Shown here in pieces: positions 1 through 10,731 of a stretch of 64,000 nucleotides of DNA. The translations under genes were made by a program, and so were the position numbers. The notes beneath the pieces are model-generated. The model saw only the letters and a list, made by a program, of their open reading frames with translations. It made no database searches and was not told the DNA's origin. The DNA is taken from positions 21,640,001-21,704,000 of the forward strand of contig CM075989.1 of the NCBI GenBank assembly GCA_038087875.1, given 5' to 3'. Within the stretch, counting starts at the first letter, position 1. Every line of letters starts with the position of its first letter. The DNA is from Malacoraja senta. Its lineage: Eukaryota.

Positions 1-98
1 ATATCTCAAGAGTGCAATGTTATTTTAGAAAAACCACGTTCACTCTGTAAGAATAAGACAGCAAATGCTGCAAGTCTATTTTGATTAGAAGGCAATTG

Positions 99-403
99 GG
101 GGCGGCACGGGGGCGCAGCGGTAGAGTTGCTGCCTCACAGCGCCAGAGACCCGGGTTCCATCCTGACCTCGGTGCTGTCTGTACCGAGTTTGTACGTTCT
201 CCCCGTGACTGCGTGGATTTTCTCCGGTGTGCTCTGATTTCCACCCACATTCCAAAGACGTGCATGTTTGTAGGTTAATTGGCTTCTGTAAATTGTCCCT
301 GCAGTGTAGGATCGAACTAGTGTATGGGGTGATCGTTGGTTGGCGCAGACACGGTGGGCTGGGGGGCCTGTTTCCACACTGCATCTCTAAACTAAAATAC
401 TAA
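99..403 (+). mobile_element. HE1-like V-SINE (tRNA-derived head, V-domain core, CR1-type tail)
   Basis: A-box-like GGCGCAGCGG, B-box-like GGTTCCATCC, core TTCTCCCCGTG...CCAAAGACGTGCA, tail CCTGTTTCCACACTGCATCTCTAAACTAAA; the same element recurs about 25 times in the window. Confidence 0.85.
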
Positions 404-1295
404 GACAATTCATATGTAGTTACCGTAAGCGAAGATAATGCATTTGGCACGACAGCGAAGATTATGTTGAAGGTGAAAGAATAAACGCCTCAATACCTGA
501 CAACGAAATTAATCATGCTTAGTTCACTTACATAATGTTTCGCTATTTTTAATAGGCATTGTATCTTTATGTAATATATGGCCATGTGATGTACCACTGA
601 TATTTACAGGGTATGATGCATGCATTTCATTATAGAGTCTGTGTCTTCACTGTGTGATACATGTGTCTGGACACTTTGAATTGTACTGCAGTCCCAAGCA
701 GTTCCCAATGTTGATCTTGCTTGCCAGCCTATTTCCAGCCCTTGTGGATGGATTAGAATGAGTTACGAGGCATGGACCATTTTTTTCTGCACCAGTCAGT
801 GCTTTGGAAGAGAAAGAACTTTTGAAAATAGCACATTGGGGAAGAACAGCAACTGGCTGGGATGAATTCCCGCCAGGCTTTGAGCAAGAGCGCAGCGCGC
901 GGACATCCCTGTGACTCCCTGAATGGAGATAAGTCACAGTTGGAAAAACTCTGCAGGAACATTAACTCACAATTGACACAATTACCAAGTCTTTTGCAAA
1001 TTGACTGTGGCGTGCTGGAATCAACATTGAAAGCTTTTGTGGGTGGATGGGGATGGGGATGGGGGGGTGTGTGGGGAACCCTATTTTTTTTTTTTATTGT
1101 GCTGCCGTCTAATATTAGAGTTCGGGGCATTCTGACATAGTTTAGTTTAGTTTTAGAGATACAGCGTAGAAACAGACACTTCGGCTCGCTGAGTCCATGC
1201 CGACCGACGATCACCCGTAAAAAACAGTTCTATCCTACACGCTAAGGACAATTTAACAGAAGCCAGTTGACTTACACACCTGCATGTCTTTGGAA

Positions 1296-2097
1296 TTTTA
1301 GTTTAGCTCAGAGATACAGTGTGGAAACAGGCCCTTCGGCCCACCGCGTCCAGCGATCACCCGTATGCTAGTTCAGGAAGGACATTCTTGCTATTGATGG
1401 AGTGCAGCGTAGGTTTACAAGGTTAATTCCCGGGATGGCGGGACTGTCATATGCTGAGAGAATGGAGCGGCTGGGCTTCTACACTCTGGGGTTTAGAAGG
1501 ATGAGAGGAGATCTCATTGAAACATATAAGATTGTTAAGGGCTTGGACACGCTAGAGGCAGGAAACGTGTTCCCAATGTTGGGGGAGTCCAGAACCAGGG
1601 GCCACAGTTTAAGAATAAGGAGTAAGCCATTTAGAACGGAGACGAGGAAACACTTTTTCTCACAGAGAGTGGTGAGTCTGTGGAATTCTCTGTCTCAGAG
1701 GGCGGTGGAGGCAGGTTCCCTGGATGCTTTCAAGAGAGAGCTGGATAGGGCTCTTAAAAATAGCGGAGTCAGGGGATATGGGGAGAAGGCAGGAACGGGG
1801 TACTGATTGGGGATGATCAGCCATGATCACATTGAATGGCGGTGCTGGCTCGAAGGGCTGAATGGCCTACTCCTGCACCTATTGTTTATTGTCTATTGTC
1901 TATTGTCCTACATGCTAGGGACAATTTACAGAATTAACCTACAAACCTGCACGTTTTGGGAGTGTGGGGGGACCCGGAGCAAACCCATGCAGGCAAAGGG
2001 AGACTGCACAAACTCCGGACAGACAGCACCCGTAGTCAGGATCGAACCCAGGTCTCTGGCGCTGTAAGGCTGGAAGTCTGCGACTCTACCGCCATGC
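1296..2097 (-). mobile_element. HE1-like SINE split by a CR1 3' fragment; another partial SINE tail lies at 1138-1290
   Basis: SINE tail half 1296-1374 and head half 1907-2097 rejoin into the SINE consensus when 1375-1906 is removed. Confidence 0.75.
1375..1906 (+). mobile_element. CR1/HER1-like LINE 3' fragment (ORF2 C-terminus plus 3'UTR)
   Basis: QRRFTRLIPGM...RGDLIETYKI...RTRGHSLRI...WNSL...GYGEKAGTGY stop, then (TATTGTC)n tail. Confidence 0.9.
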
Positions 2098-2519
2098 CAA
2101 TGTGCCACCCTGACGTGTGGGTTAGGTCGGCACAGACTCACAGTGACGCTGAGTTAGTTGTGTGTGTGTGTGTGTGTGTTAGTCCCACGCTGCTGAACTA
2201 GGCTGCGATTCTTGCTCAGTGCTAATGAGATTCTGTATATATGGAAATGTTTCCTTTGGAACATAGATCTTTAAATAAGCTCCCCTCTGCTTTCCAGACA
2301 GGTCTGACCAGTGCTTTTTTTTTTTTGCAGACAAAAAGGTGCCAGTATTCACCTTTAATAAACATACACATCACAAGGCTGGATAACAAAACACTGAAGG
2401 TCAGCATTTTAGAGGGTTCAATGGTTCAATGTTTCTTTATTGTCACATGTGCGTTGGAGTGACATTTGTTTTACACAGCTTACAGATACACTAGTCGCTA
2501 TATTTTGCTGCCATTTACG

Positions 2520-2818
2520 GGGGCGGCACGGTGGCGCAGCGCTACAGTTGTTGCCTCACAGCGCCAGAGACCCAGGTTCGATCCTGACTACGGGTGCTGT
2601 CTGTACTGAGTCTGTACGTTCTCCCCGTGACCTGCGTGGGTTGTCTCTGGGTGCTTCAGTTTCCTCTCACACTCCAAAGACGTACAGGTTTGTAGGCAAA
2701 TTGTAAATGATCCTGAGTGTGTGTAGGGTAATGTTGGCATGCAGCTATCTCTGGTCGGCGTGGACTCGGTGGCCCGAAGAGCTATTTACCGAGCTTTATC
2801 TCTAAACTAAACTAAATT
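2520..2818 (+). mobile_element. HE1-like SINE
   Basis: Full head/core/tail match, (CTAAA)n end. Confidence 0.85.
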
Positions 2819-3002
2819 AAGTACTCACCACCAATATCATCATCAAAAACCATCACCAAAAAAACTCTGGTTCTGAGAATATTTAGGTTGGTAACGACAA
2901 GATATATTCACCCAGTTTGTTGTGTACATATTGGCTGCAGTGTCCCATATATTACATTGGTAACAACACTTTCAAATTACTCATTTCACTGTAAAGTTGA
3001 TA

Positions 3003-3215
3003 AGTGATAAGAGCAGAATAAGGCCATTCAGCCCATCAGGACTACTCTGCTATTCAATAATGGTAGATCTATCTTTCCTTCTCAACCCCACTCTCCTGCC
3101 TTCTCCCCATAATCCCGGACACCCGCACTAATCAATAATCCATCAATCTCTGCCTTAAAAATATCCATTGGCTTGACATCCACACCTGTCTGTGGCAATG
3201 AATTCCACAGATTCA
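3003..3215 (-). mobile_element. CR1 3' fragment (tail type II)
   Basis: Reverse complement of WNSLPQ..GYGEKAGEWG and 3'UTR. Confidence 0.7.
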
Positions 3216-3514
3216 AATTTCCACAAATTCTCGTGAAGAACATCGAAATATTCCCGCAAAGGAACAGGAAAAGTTTTTTTAATTTTTGCAGGTCATTTTT
3301 TCCCTTACTCTTTAATCCACGGAAGCAATATTTTAATGATCAGGTGATCAATCCTTGGAGCAGGTTGGCTGAGGAGATGGCGGAAGTAGATTATACTTAT
3401 TCACTCAAATGCTAATAATATAGATTTCTTTTAAAAAAACATCTTGATGTACAACCGTCAAACTGTCCGTTTACACAAACGAATGCAGCGTGCTGGGATG
3501 TAGCGGTTGATTAC

Positions 3515-3895
3515 AATCGGCCCTTCGAGCCAGCACCACCATTCAATATGATCATCCACAATCAGTACCCAGTTCCTGCTTTCTCCCCATATCCCTTGAT
3601 TCCGTTAGCCCTAAGAGCTAAATCTAACTCTCTCTTGAAAACATCCAGTGAATTGGCCTCCACTGCCTTCTGTGGCAGAGAATTCCACAGATTCACAACT
3701 CTCTGGGTGAAAAAGTTTTTCCTCATTTCAGTCCTAAATGGCCGACCCCTTATTCTTAAACTGTGTGACCTCTGGTTCTGGACTCCCCCAACATCGAGAA
3801 CAGTTTTCCTGCATCTAGCCTGTCCAATCCCTTTAAGAATTTTGCAGTATATGTTTCTATAAGATCTCCTCTCATCCTTCTAAATGCCAGTGAAT
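3515..3895 (-). mobile_element. CR1 3' fragment (tail type I)
   Basis: AFRRMRGDLIETY..GLDRLDAGK..GESRTRGH on the minus strand. Confidence 0.8.
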
Positions 3896-3970
3896 ATATT
3901 ACAGACTGATCCTTTCCACAGCTTCGTGTTATCTTCATTTGACAACTGAGTCTACTGCCCAACGGGCTGC

Positions 3971-4262
3971 CAGTGGCGCAGTGGTAGAGTTGCTGCCTCA
4001 CAGCGCCAGAGGCCCGGGTTTGATCCTGACTACGGGTGCTGTCTGTATGGAATTTATACGTTCTCCATGTGACCGCATGGGTTTTCTCGGGATGCTCCGG
4101 TTTCCTCCCACGTTCCAAAGACGTGCAAGTTTGTAGGTTAATTGGCTTTGGTAAAATTGTAAATTGTCCCTCGTGTGTGTAGGATAGTGTTAGTGCATGG
4201 GGTGATCACTGCTCCAGTGAGCCGAAGGGCCTGTTTCCATGCTGTATCTCTAAAGTCTAAAG
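3971..4262 (+). mobile_element. HE1-like SINE
   Basis: Head, core and tail match the other copies. Confidence 0.8.
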
Positions 4263-5537
4263 TAACATCTAAAGCACTGCTATGGCTAATTAATAATTAC
4301 ATCCTTGGACTTCATGTGGTCATTAGGATATTACCCAGGCCAAAGTATATCTTGGCCTTCTCTTCATTCACAATTCCTGTGTTTTTAAATGAGTTGATTT
4401 GAGATTCCTTATCCACCTTATGTACGCAGGGAGAGATCAAAGATTTCCACCAACAGATAGTAACATTTCCTTCCTAATTCTTATTGCCTTGGTTTCTGGT
4501 GGACGTTTCATTGGGCTACCACTATTAATTGCCCTTATTATACTCGGACAGGAGGGGAATTGGGGTAGAGGTTCGGGGAGAGAAATACATGGGGGAATAC
4601 ATAGAACATAAAACAGTACAGCGCAGGAACAGGCCCTTCGGCCCACATGATGCCAAGACTATCTCTTATCCTATCTATGTCTCTCATAATTCTATGTACC
4701 TCTCAGAGAATGCGAGTGATGGGATTGGTCTGGGAATTGGCAAATACGTTTTCCTTGAGAAAAAATACGAAGACTTTGAAAAATAAACTTAAGAGGCGGC
4801 TGACTTCTCGTAGAAATTGTTTTACAGTTGTCAGAAATACACAGATTGATGGGATTCTCGCACGTGAAAGGTGTTCAATAGTTCAATGATGCCAGCTACA
4901 GTGAAATACATTGAATATTGGAACTCTGGTGTGTCATGTTGAATCAGCGTCTTCTTCAGAACGTTATCGGATGCCCAAAGACAGTCGGACATTCCTGCAT
5001 CTTCTCCACATTCCTGCATCTTCTCCATCTTTTCAAACTGGACGAGAGGAAGCTGTAGCAGCTCGGAAGCAGAAAGGATGGGAAGCAATGAGAAGAAACG
5101 CTCCCCTGAAGTGTTCTATCAGAATTGGCTGCGTAAGGTAAAACATCTAATCCCATTTAACTAGGGCCCCACAGTTAAGAATCACCACAAAGCTGGTAAA
5201 CCATAGCTGCCCTCGAGACCAGTCATCAGGTAAAGATGGCAATGGATGCTGAAACTTTCACATTACGCTGCTGAACAAAATTGATTTTAAATGACTTTTG
5301 CTGATCATATGGTATGGGATGTTAAACTTGCAGGTCCATTTGATTTACTGCAGTCCTTACATCTTCCCTTCTACTGCTGGAACATCTGCATGCGGCAGCA
5401 ATATAAGAAATGCTTCTTTTTACCTCGTTCCCCTTGCTAAGCTAAAAAAATTATCCTCTTAAACACTTTGTTGCTTGGATCCTCAGGCAGTCGAAGGCAG
5501 AAGAAAGTGTTCGGGGTCTTGCTGATATTCAGTTGCT

Positions 5538-6476
5538 TTTTAGTTTAGAGATACAGCGCGGAAACAGGCCCTTTGGCCCACCGAGTCCGCACCGACCTGT
5601 GAGTCAAGTCACGTGAGCTTATTGTCATGTGTCCCTGATAGGACAATGAAATTCTTGCTTTGCTTCAGCACACAGAACATAGTAGGCATTGACTACAAAA
5701 CAGATCAGTGTGTCCATATACCATAATATAAATATATACACACATGAATAAATAAACTGATAAAGTGCAAATAACAGATAATGGGTTATTAATAATCAGA
5801 GTTTTGTCTGAGCCAGGTTTAATAGCCTGATGGCTGTGGGGAAGTAGCTATTCCTGAACCTGGTTGTTGCAGTCTTCAGGCTCCTGTACCTTCTACCTGA
5901 AGGTAGTAGGGAGATGAGTGTGTGGCCAGGATGGTGTGGGTCCTTGATGATACTGCCAGCCTTTTTGAGGCAGCGACTGCGATAGATCCCCTCGATGGAA
6001 GGGAGGTCAGAGCCGATGATGGACTGGGCAGTGTTTACTACTTTTTGTAGTCTTTTCCTCTCCAGGGTGCTCCAGTTGCCGAACCAAGCCACGATGCAAC
6101 GGGTCAGCATGCTCTCTACTGTGCACCTGTAGAAGTTAGAGAGAGTCCTCCTTGACAAACCGACTCTCCATAATCTTCTCATGAAGTAGAGGCGCTGATG
6201 AGCTTTCTTGATAATTACATCAATGTTCTCCCCCACACACTGACGCCATTCTACACACACTAGGGACAATTTTACATTTACACCAAGCCAATTAACCTAC
6301 TAACCTGTAGGTCTTTGGAGTGTGGAAGGAAACCGAAGATCTCGGAGAAAACGCAGGCAGGTCACGGGGAGAAGGTACAAACTCCGTACAGACAGCACCC
6401 GTAGTCAGGGTCGAACCCAGGTCTCTAGCGCTGTAAGCGCTGTAAGGCAGCAACTCTACCGCTGTGCCATCGTACT
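5538..6476 (-). mobile_element. HE1-like SINE interrupted by a Rex1-type LINE fragment
   Basis: SINE tail at 5538-5600, SINE body and head at 6228-6476. Confidence 0.75.
5601..6227 (-). mobile_element. Rex1/Babar-clade LINE 3' fragment
   Basis: KKAHQRLYFMRRL...FYRCTVES...HPGHTLISLLPSGRRYRSL...RFRNSYFPTAIRLLN, typical Rex1 post-RT C-terminus; 3'UTR ending in a short repeat tail. Confidence 0.85.
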
Positions 6477-6571
6477 GCGCCAAACAGTTGCTGTTGAGAA
6501 TAATGTGACATGAGATCAAATCAATGAGTCCCACAGAAAAACCTGAACCTGATTTGTGCTCCACCTTAAGA

Positions 6572-6710
6572 CTTCTTCTTCTTGCGTATGGCGTGCACAG
6601 CCTAAAGTTGAAAGACAACTTGTTCTGTTTGATCTTCTGTTTGTGCACGCCAGGTTGATTGCATTCGTCGAAACAGGGTGGACCACGTGAAGGTTGCAAT
6701 CTCCCACCCC
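6572..6710 (-). mobile_element. Short non-autonomous retroposon-like element with a 5' HDV-like ribozyme and (AAG)4 tail
   Basis: Ribozyme fold at the 5' end, 11-bp perfect inverted repeat in the body, (AAG)n 3' tail; no clear TSD. Confidence 0.65.
6657..6710 (-). ncRNA. HDV-like (CPEB3-type) self-cleaving ribozyme fold with minimal P4
   Basis: GGGGTGG(P1) GA GATTGCA(P2) ACC(P3) TTCACGT(L3) GGT(P3') CCACCCT(P1', G1-U wobble) G T-TTCG-A(P4) CGAA(J4/2) TGCAATC(P2'); every helix pairs. Confidence 0.85.
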
Positions 6711-6834
6711 CATGAGGAATCATTTTGGAAGATTAGTAATGGAATCATATTCTTTTCTCAACTGCCAACTTTAAAACATTGTCAATAATCTTTTGAAGTC
6801 ATAAGGTATTTGTGCCATAAAGGTCTCAAGTATT

Positions 6835-7175
6835 TTAGGTCAGTTTAGTTAGCTTATCGTCACGTGTACCGAGGCACAGTGAAAGGCTTTTGTTGCGTGC
6901 TAACCAGTCAGCAGAAAGACAATACATGATTACAATCAAGCTGATCACAGTGTCGATACAGGATAAAGGGGATAAGTTTAGAGCAAGATAAAGTCCAGTA
7001 AAGTCTGATTTAAGATAGTCCGAGAGTCTCCAATGAGGTAGATGGTAGGTCAGGACCGCTCTCCAGTTGGTGAGGGGATGGTTCAGTTGCCGGATAACAG
7101 CTGGGAAGAAACTGTCCCTGAATCTGGATGTGTGCGTTTTCGCACTTCTGTACTCCTTGCCTGACGGGGGAGGAG
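6835..7175 (-). mobile_element. Rex1-like LINE 3' end
   Basis: Minus strand encodes PSGKEYRSAKTHTSRFRDSFFPAVIRQLN, followed by a 3'UTR shared with 33838-34128 and 59490-59745. Confidence 0.7.
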
Positions 7176-7448
7176 ATCAAACCGTTGTCTCTTAAAGGAA
7201 AAGTTGAACTTATTTTGGGCTAAGATTAAGTCTTCATTAGGAATCATTGCAAAAGATTAGTAATGGAACTATATTATTTTTGTTCTATATTATTGTCTAT
7301 TCTATATTCTTTATTGGTCTATATTATCATCATCGTATTCCACACAGATATTGTGGGCTGAAGGGACTGTTCCTCTGTTGGTACTATTCTATGTTCTATG
7401 TTCTACATCGAAGGAAGCCAATGAACCCAAGAGAAACTCGTGCACACA

Positions 7449-7503
7449 CACCTCTCCCGGTTGCCAAACACTTTAGTTCTCCTTCCCATTCCCACACTGA
7501 CCT
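7449..7503 (+). mobile_element. Penelope-like GIY-YIG endonuclease remnant
   Basis: PLPVAKHFSSPSHSHTDL resembles the post-GIY-YIG segment of vertebrate Penelope-like elements. Confidence 0.55.
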
Positions 7504-7790
7504 CATTGAAACATATAGAAAAGTGAAAGGCCTGGATAGAGTGGATGTGGAGAGGATGTTTCCACTAGTGGGAGAGTCTAGGACTAGAGCTAATAGCCTC
7601 AGAATTAGATGTTCTTTTAGGAAGGAGGTGAATAGATTTTTTTTAGTTAGAGGGTGGTGAATCTGTGGAATTATTTGCCACAGAAAGCTGTGGAGGCCAA
7701 GTCAATGGATATTTTTAAAGCAGAGATAGATGGATTCTTGATAAATACAGGGGTGCCAGTTATGGGCAGAAGGCAGGAGAATGGGGTTAG
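7500..7790 (+). mobile_element. CR1 3' fragment
   Basis: DLIETYRKVKGLDRVDVERMFPLVGESRTR..VNLWNYLPQKAVEA. Confidence 0.8.
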
Positions 7791-8726
7791 GACCCAAAAT
7801 GTCACCCATTCCTTCTCTCCAGAGATGCTGCCTCACCCGCTGAGTTTACTGCAGCATTTTTTGTCTACCTTCAAATGGACACTGTGTTCGGTTCTGGGCT
7901 TGTTCCGACAGGCACCAGGCTAAATGAATTCTTTCCTGGTGTTATCCTCTTTAAAGACCGTTGCATTTATGGCAGGAAAACAGGATTAATTTGAAGTTGC
8001 CAGAGGGCATAACATAACCCTGCTTGAAGTACATGTGGCATGGTCAGCGCTGGCAATCCATGCAAAGCTCGCTTTGAATGTCCTGACCTCGGAATATTTC
8101 TCTCCACAGGTTAAGCCAATCTCCAACAACAGATTGAATTCATTCTCACACCTCTACAAACTGAAGCCCATTCCTGGTGACATATGACAAATACAGGTCA
8201 CCTCACTTAGGAACACGGCAGATAAGAGCCAGGTCCATTTAGCAGCAAATTTGATCCATGAGTGGAGTTATATTGTGGCTACGTTAATTCCTTTGCTGGT
8301 AACCTCCTGTTAAGAGCAAGCAGTTTCACTTATAAACATGTTTCTTTATCATCGGCTGTTCACTTCACTAAAACAAGTGACCTTGCACCCCCCTTTTCCC
8401 TGCCCCGCACACCATTAATCAGCCATTAATGACCCAGCCACATAAAAAGCCACAAAATGTATTAATTACTTATTCTTAAAAGGCACGAAGAAGCTATTGT
8501 GTTATCTTAAATCTTCTTTGCAGACACTCGACCAGCCTTTTTTCAACGACATGTCTGTTGCCTCATGCATTTGTCTCGCCTCTCCGAAAAATAAATGCAC
8601 AGCTGCATTTTCACAGGTTAAAAGCAAATGACTTAAAGTTCAGTTTCGCTGCCGACCGACCCAAGGAAAGCCAAGGGATGCTGAAAGTGGAAATTAGCAG
8701 CTGAAGCAATTTTGGAAGCAAGTACT

Positions 8727-9046
8727 GGGCGGGCACATGGTGCAGCGGTAGAGTTGCTGCCTTACAGCGCCAGGGACCCGGGTTCGATCCTGACTACGGG
8801 TGCTGTCTGTACGGAGTTTGTACGTTCTCCCCGTGACCTGCGTGGGTTTTCTCCGGGTGCTCCGGTTTCCTCCCACACTCCAAAGACGTACAGGTTTGTA
8901 GGTTAATTGGCATCGGTAAAAATTGTAAATTGTTCCTGGTGTATAGGATAGTGTTAGAGTGCGGGGATCGTTGGTTGGTGCTGACTCGATGGCCGAAGGG
9001 CCTGTTTCTGTGCTGTATCTCTAAAACTACACTAAACTAAACTAAA
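8727..9046 (+). mobile_element. HE1-like SINE
   Basis: Full-length match, (CTAAA)n tail. Confidence 0.85.
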
Positions 9047-9284
9047 GTATTGTTATTAGAATTCAATATTGGGGATGATCAGCCATGATCACATTGAATG
9101 GCGGTGCTGGCTTGAAGGGCCGAATGGCCTTCTCCTGCACCTATTGTCTATTGTCAATGATCCTTTAAGCATCTTAGGCCTCAATGCTTGTGCGTGAAAT
9201 TTGATTTTTCTTAGCAGGAAATCAGATTACAATATTTTTAAAATACATTGTCTGAAAGATTTCATAGAAGAAATTGGGAAGTAT

Positions 9285-9733
9285 AAAAGTTGGGAGGTCA
9301 TGTTGCAGTTATATAAGACGTTGGTGAAGCCACAATAGAGTGTTGTGTTCAGTTCTGGCCACCATGTTATAGGAGAGATGTTGTCAAACTCAAGGGTACA
9401 GAGCAGGTTTACGAGGATGTTGCCAGGACTCGGGGGTCTGAGCTATAGGGAGAAGTGGAACAGTCTAGGACTCTATTCCTTGGAATACAGGAGGATGAGG
9501 GGTGGTCTTATCGAGATGTACAAAATCTTGAGAGGAATAAGCTTGAGAGGAGGCAGAAGCCCTGGTTTCCATTCACACTCCAAAGACGTTCAGATTAATT
9601 GGCTTGATTTAAATGTAAATTGCCTCTAGTGTGTGTAGGATAGTGTTAGTGTGCAGGGATCGCTGGTCAGCACGGACTCGGTGGGCCGAAGGGCCTGTTT
9701 CCACGCTTCATCTCTAAACTAAACTAAACTAAA
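9285..9733 (+). mobile_element. CR1 ORF2 fragment (9285-9540) followed by the 3' half of an HE1-like SINE (9560-9733)
   Basis: VQSRFTRMLPGL..LGLYSLEYRRMRGGLIEMYKILRG, then SINE core and tail. Confidence 0.7.
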
Positions 9734-10217
9734 AACCTACCCCTAGTCTTAATTCTATCCCTACCGCTACCCTATTCCTATTTCTACACTCCCTCCTCCT
9801 CTCCCTCATTCCCTATCTCCCTGTCACTTTCCTCCATCCTTCCTCCCCAGTGCCGGATTTAGATGAGGAGAGGCCCTAGGCTATTCCACTTGTGAGGCCC
9901 CTCCCAATCCCCCACCCCCACGTGGAAGTTAACCTTTGACCTCGCTTTCTTGTTAAGTCGTTCAACATGGCATTCCTGTGGTTCTCTGAGTTTTCGTGAG
10001 TTTGGATAAGACAGGGGTTTTGCCAATCATCAAACCCTTCAGAAGCTAAAGATGTTGCAGAAGATGCAATGTTTGGAAAGAGTTTACAAACAAAGCAATA
10101 TATCCGGCCTTTTGAGGGAGAATACACAAGCCACACTCGGCTATATGTTTCTCCATTGACTCTTGTTGAATAAAAAAGAGCTTTTGTGCAAAACCTAGAC
10201 TGCTTTTTATACATAGG

Positions 10218-10447
10218 TACATAGAAACATAGAAAATAGGTGCAGGAGGAGGCCATTCGGCCCTTCCAGCCAGCACCGCCATTCATTGTGATCATGGCTG
10301 ATCGTCCCCAATCAATAACCCTTGCCTGCCTTCTCCCCATATTCCTTGACTCCACTAGCCCCATAGAACTCTATTTAACTCGCTCTTAAATCCATCCAGT
10401 GATTTGGCCTCCACTGCCCTCTGTGGCAGGGAATTTCACAAATTCCA
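10218..10447 (-). mobile_element. CR1 3' end nested in the hAT transposase
   Basis: (CTATGTTT)n tail and 3'UTR on the minus strand. Confidence 0.8.
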
Positions 10448-10621
10448 CACTCGCTTGGAATTTGAAACTGGTCCACAACGATGCTGAACTTGAGAGGGGT
10501 CCCTTTCGACCCAATAGGATACGTCCTCATGTGATAATTCTGTCCACAGACCAACGTCTGTTACGGTAGATCTATGTTTGCATCATCTATATCTGAGTCT
10601 TGAATACCTTGGACTTGGCCT

Positions 10622-10731
10622 AACTGTCACTGTATGTCATGTTGTTACTTGTGGGCAGAGCACCAAGGCAAATTCCTTGTATGTGAATACTTGGCCAATA
10701 AACTTACTTACTTACTTACTTACTTACTTAC
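10622..10731 (+). mobile_element. Short LINE-like 3' tail ending in (ACTT)n, nested in the hAT
   Basis: CAAATTCCTTGTATGTGAATACTTGGCCAATAAA followed by (CTTA)n. Confidence 0.55.

Noticed and set aside
99..175. tRNA genes at SINE heads
   Set aside because: A/B-box-like motifs run straight into the SINE core with no complete cloverleaf; these are tRNA-derived SINE heads
4900..5140. Possible host coding exon ending AAG|GTAAAA, with a 19-bp tandem duplication at 4989-5026
   Set aside because: No recognisable protein in any frame and no clear acceptor; cannot be supported without RNA data
8090..8200. Acceptor-like TTTCTCTCCACAG at 8097-8109
   Set aside because: No good downstream donor or recognisable peptide
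9876..10364. ZMYM-like host exon
   Set aside because: Lies between hAT TIRs with an 8-bp TSD, and the ORF start comes from a nested CR1 tail
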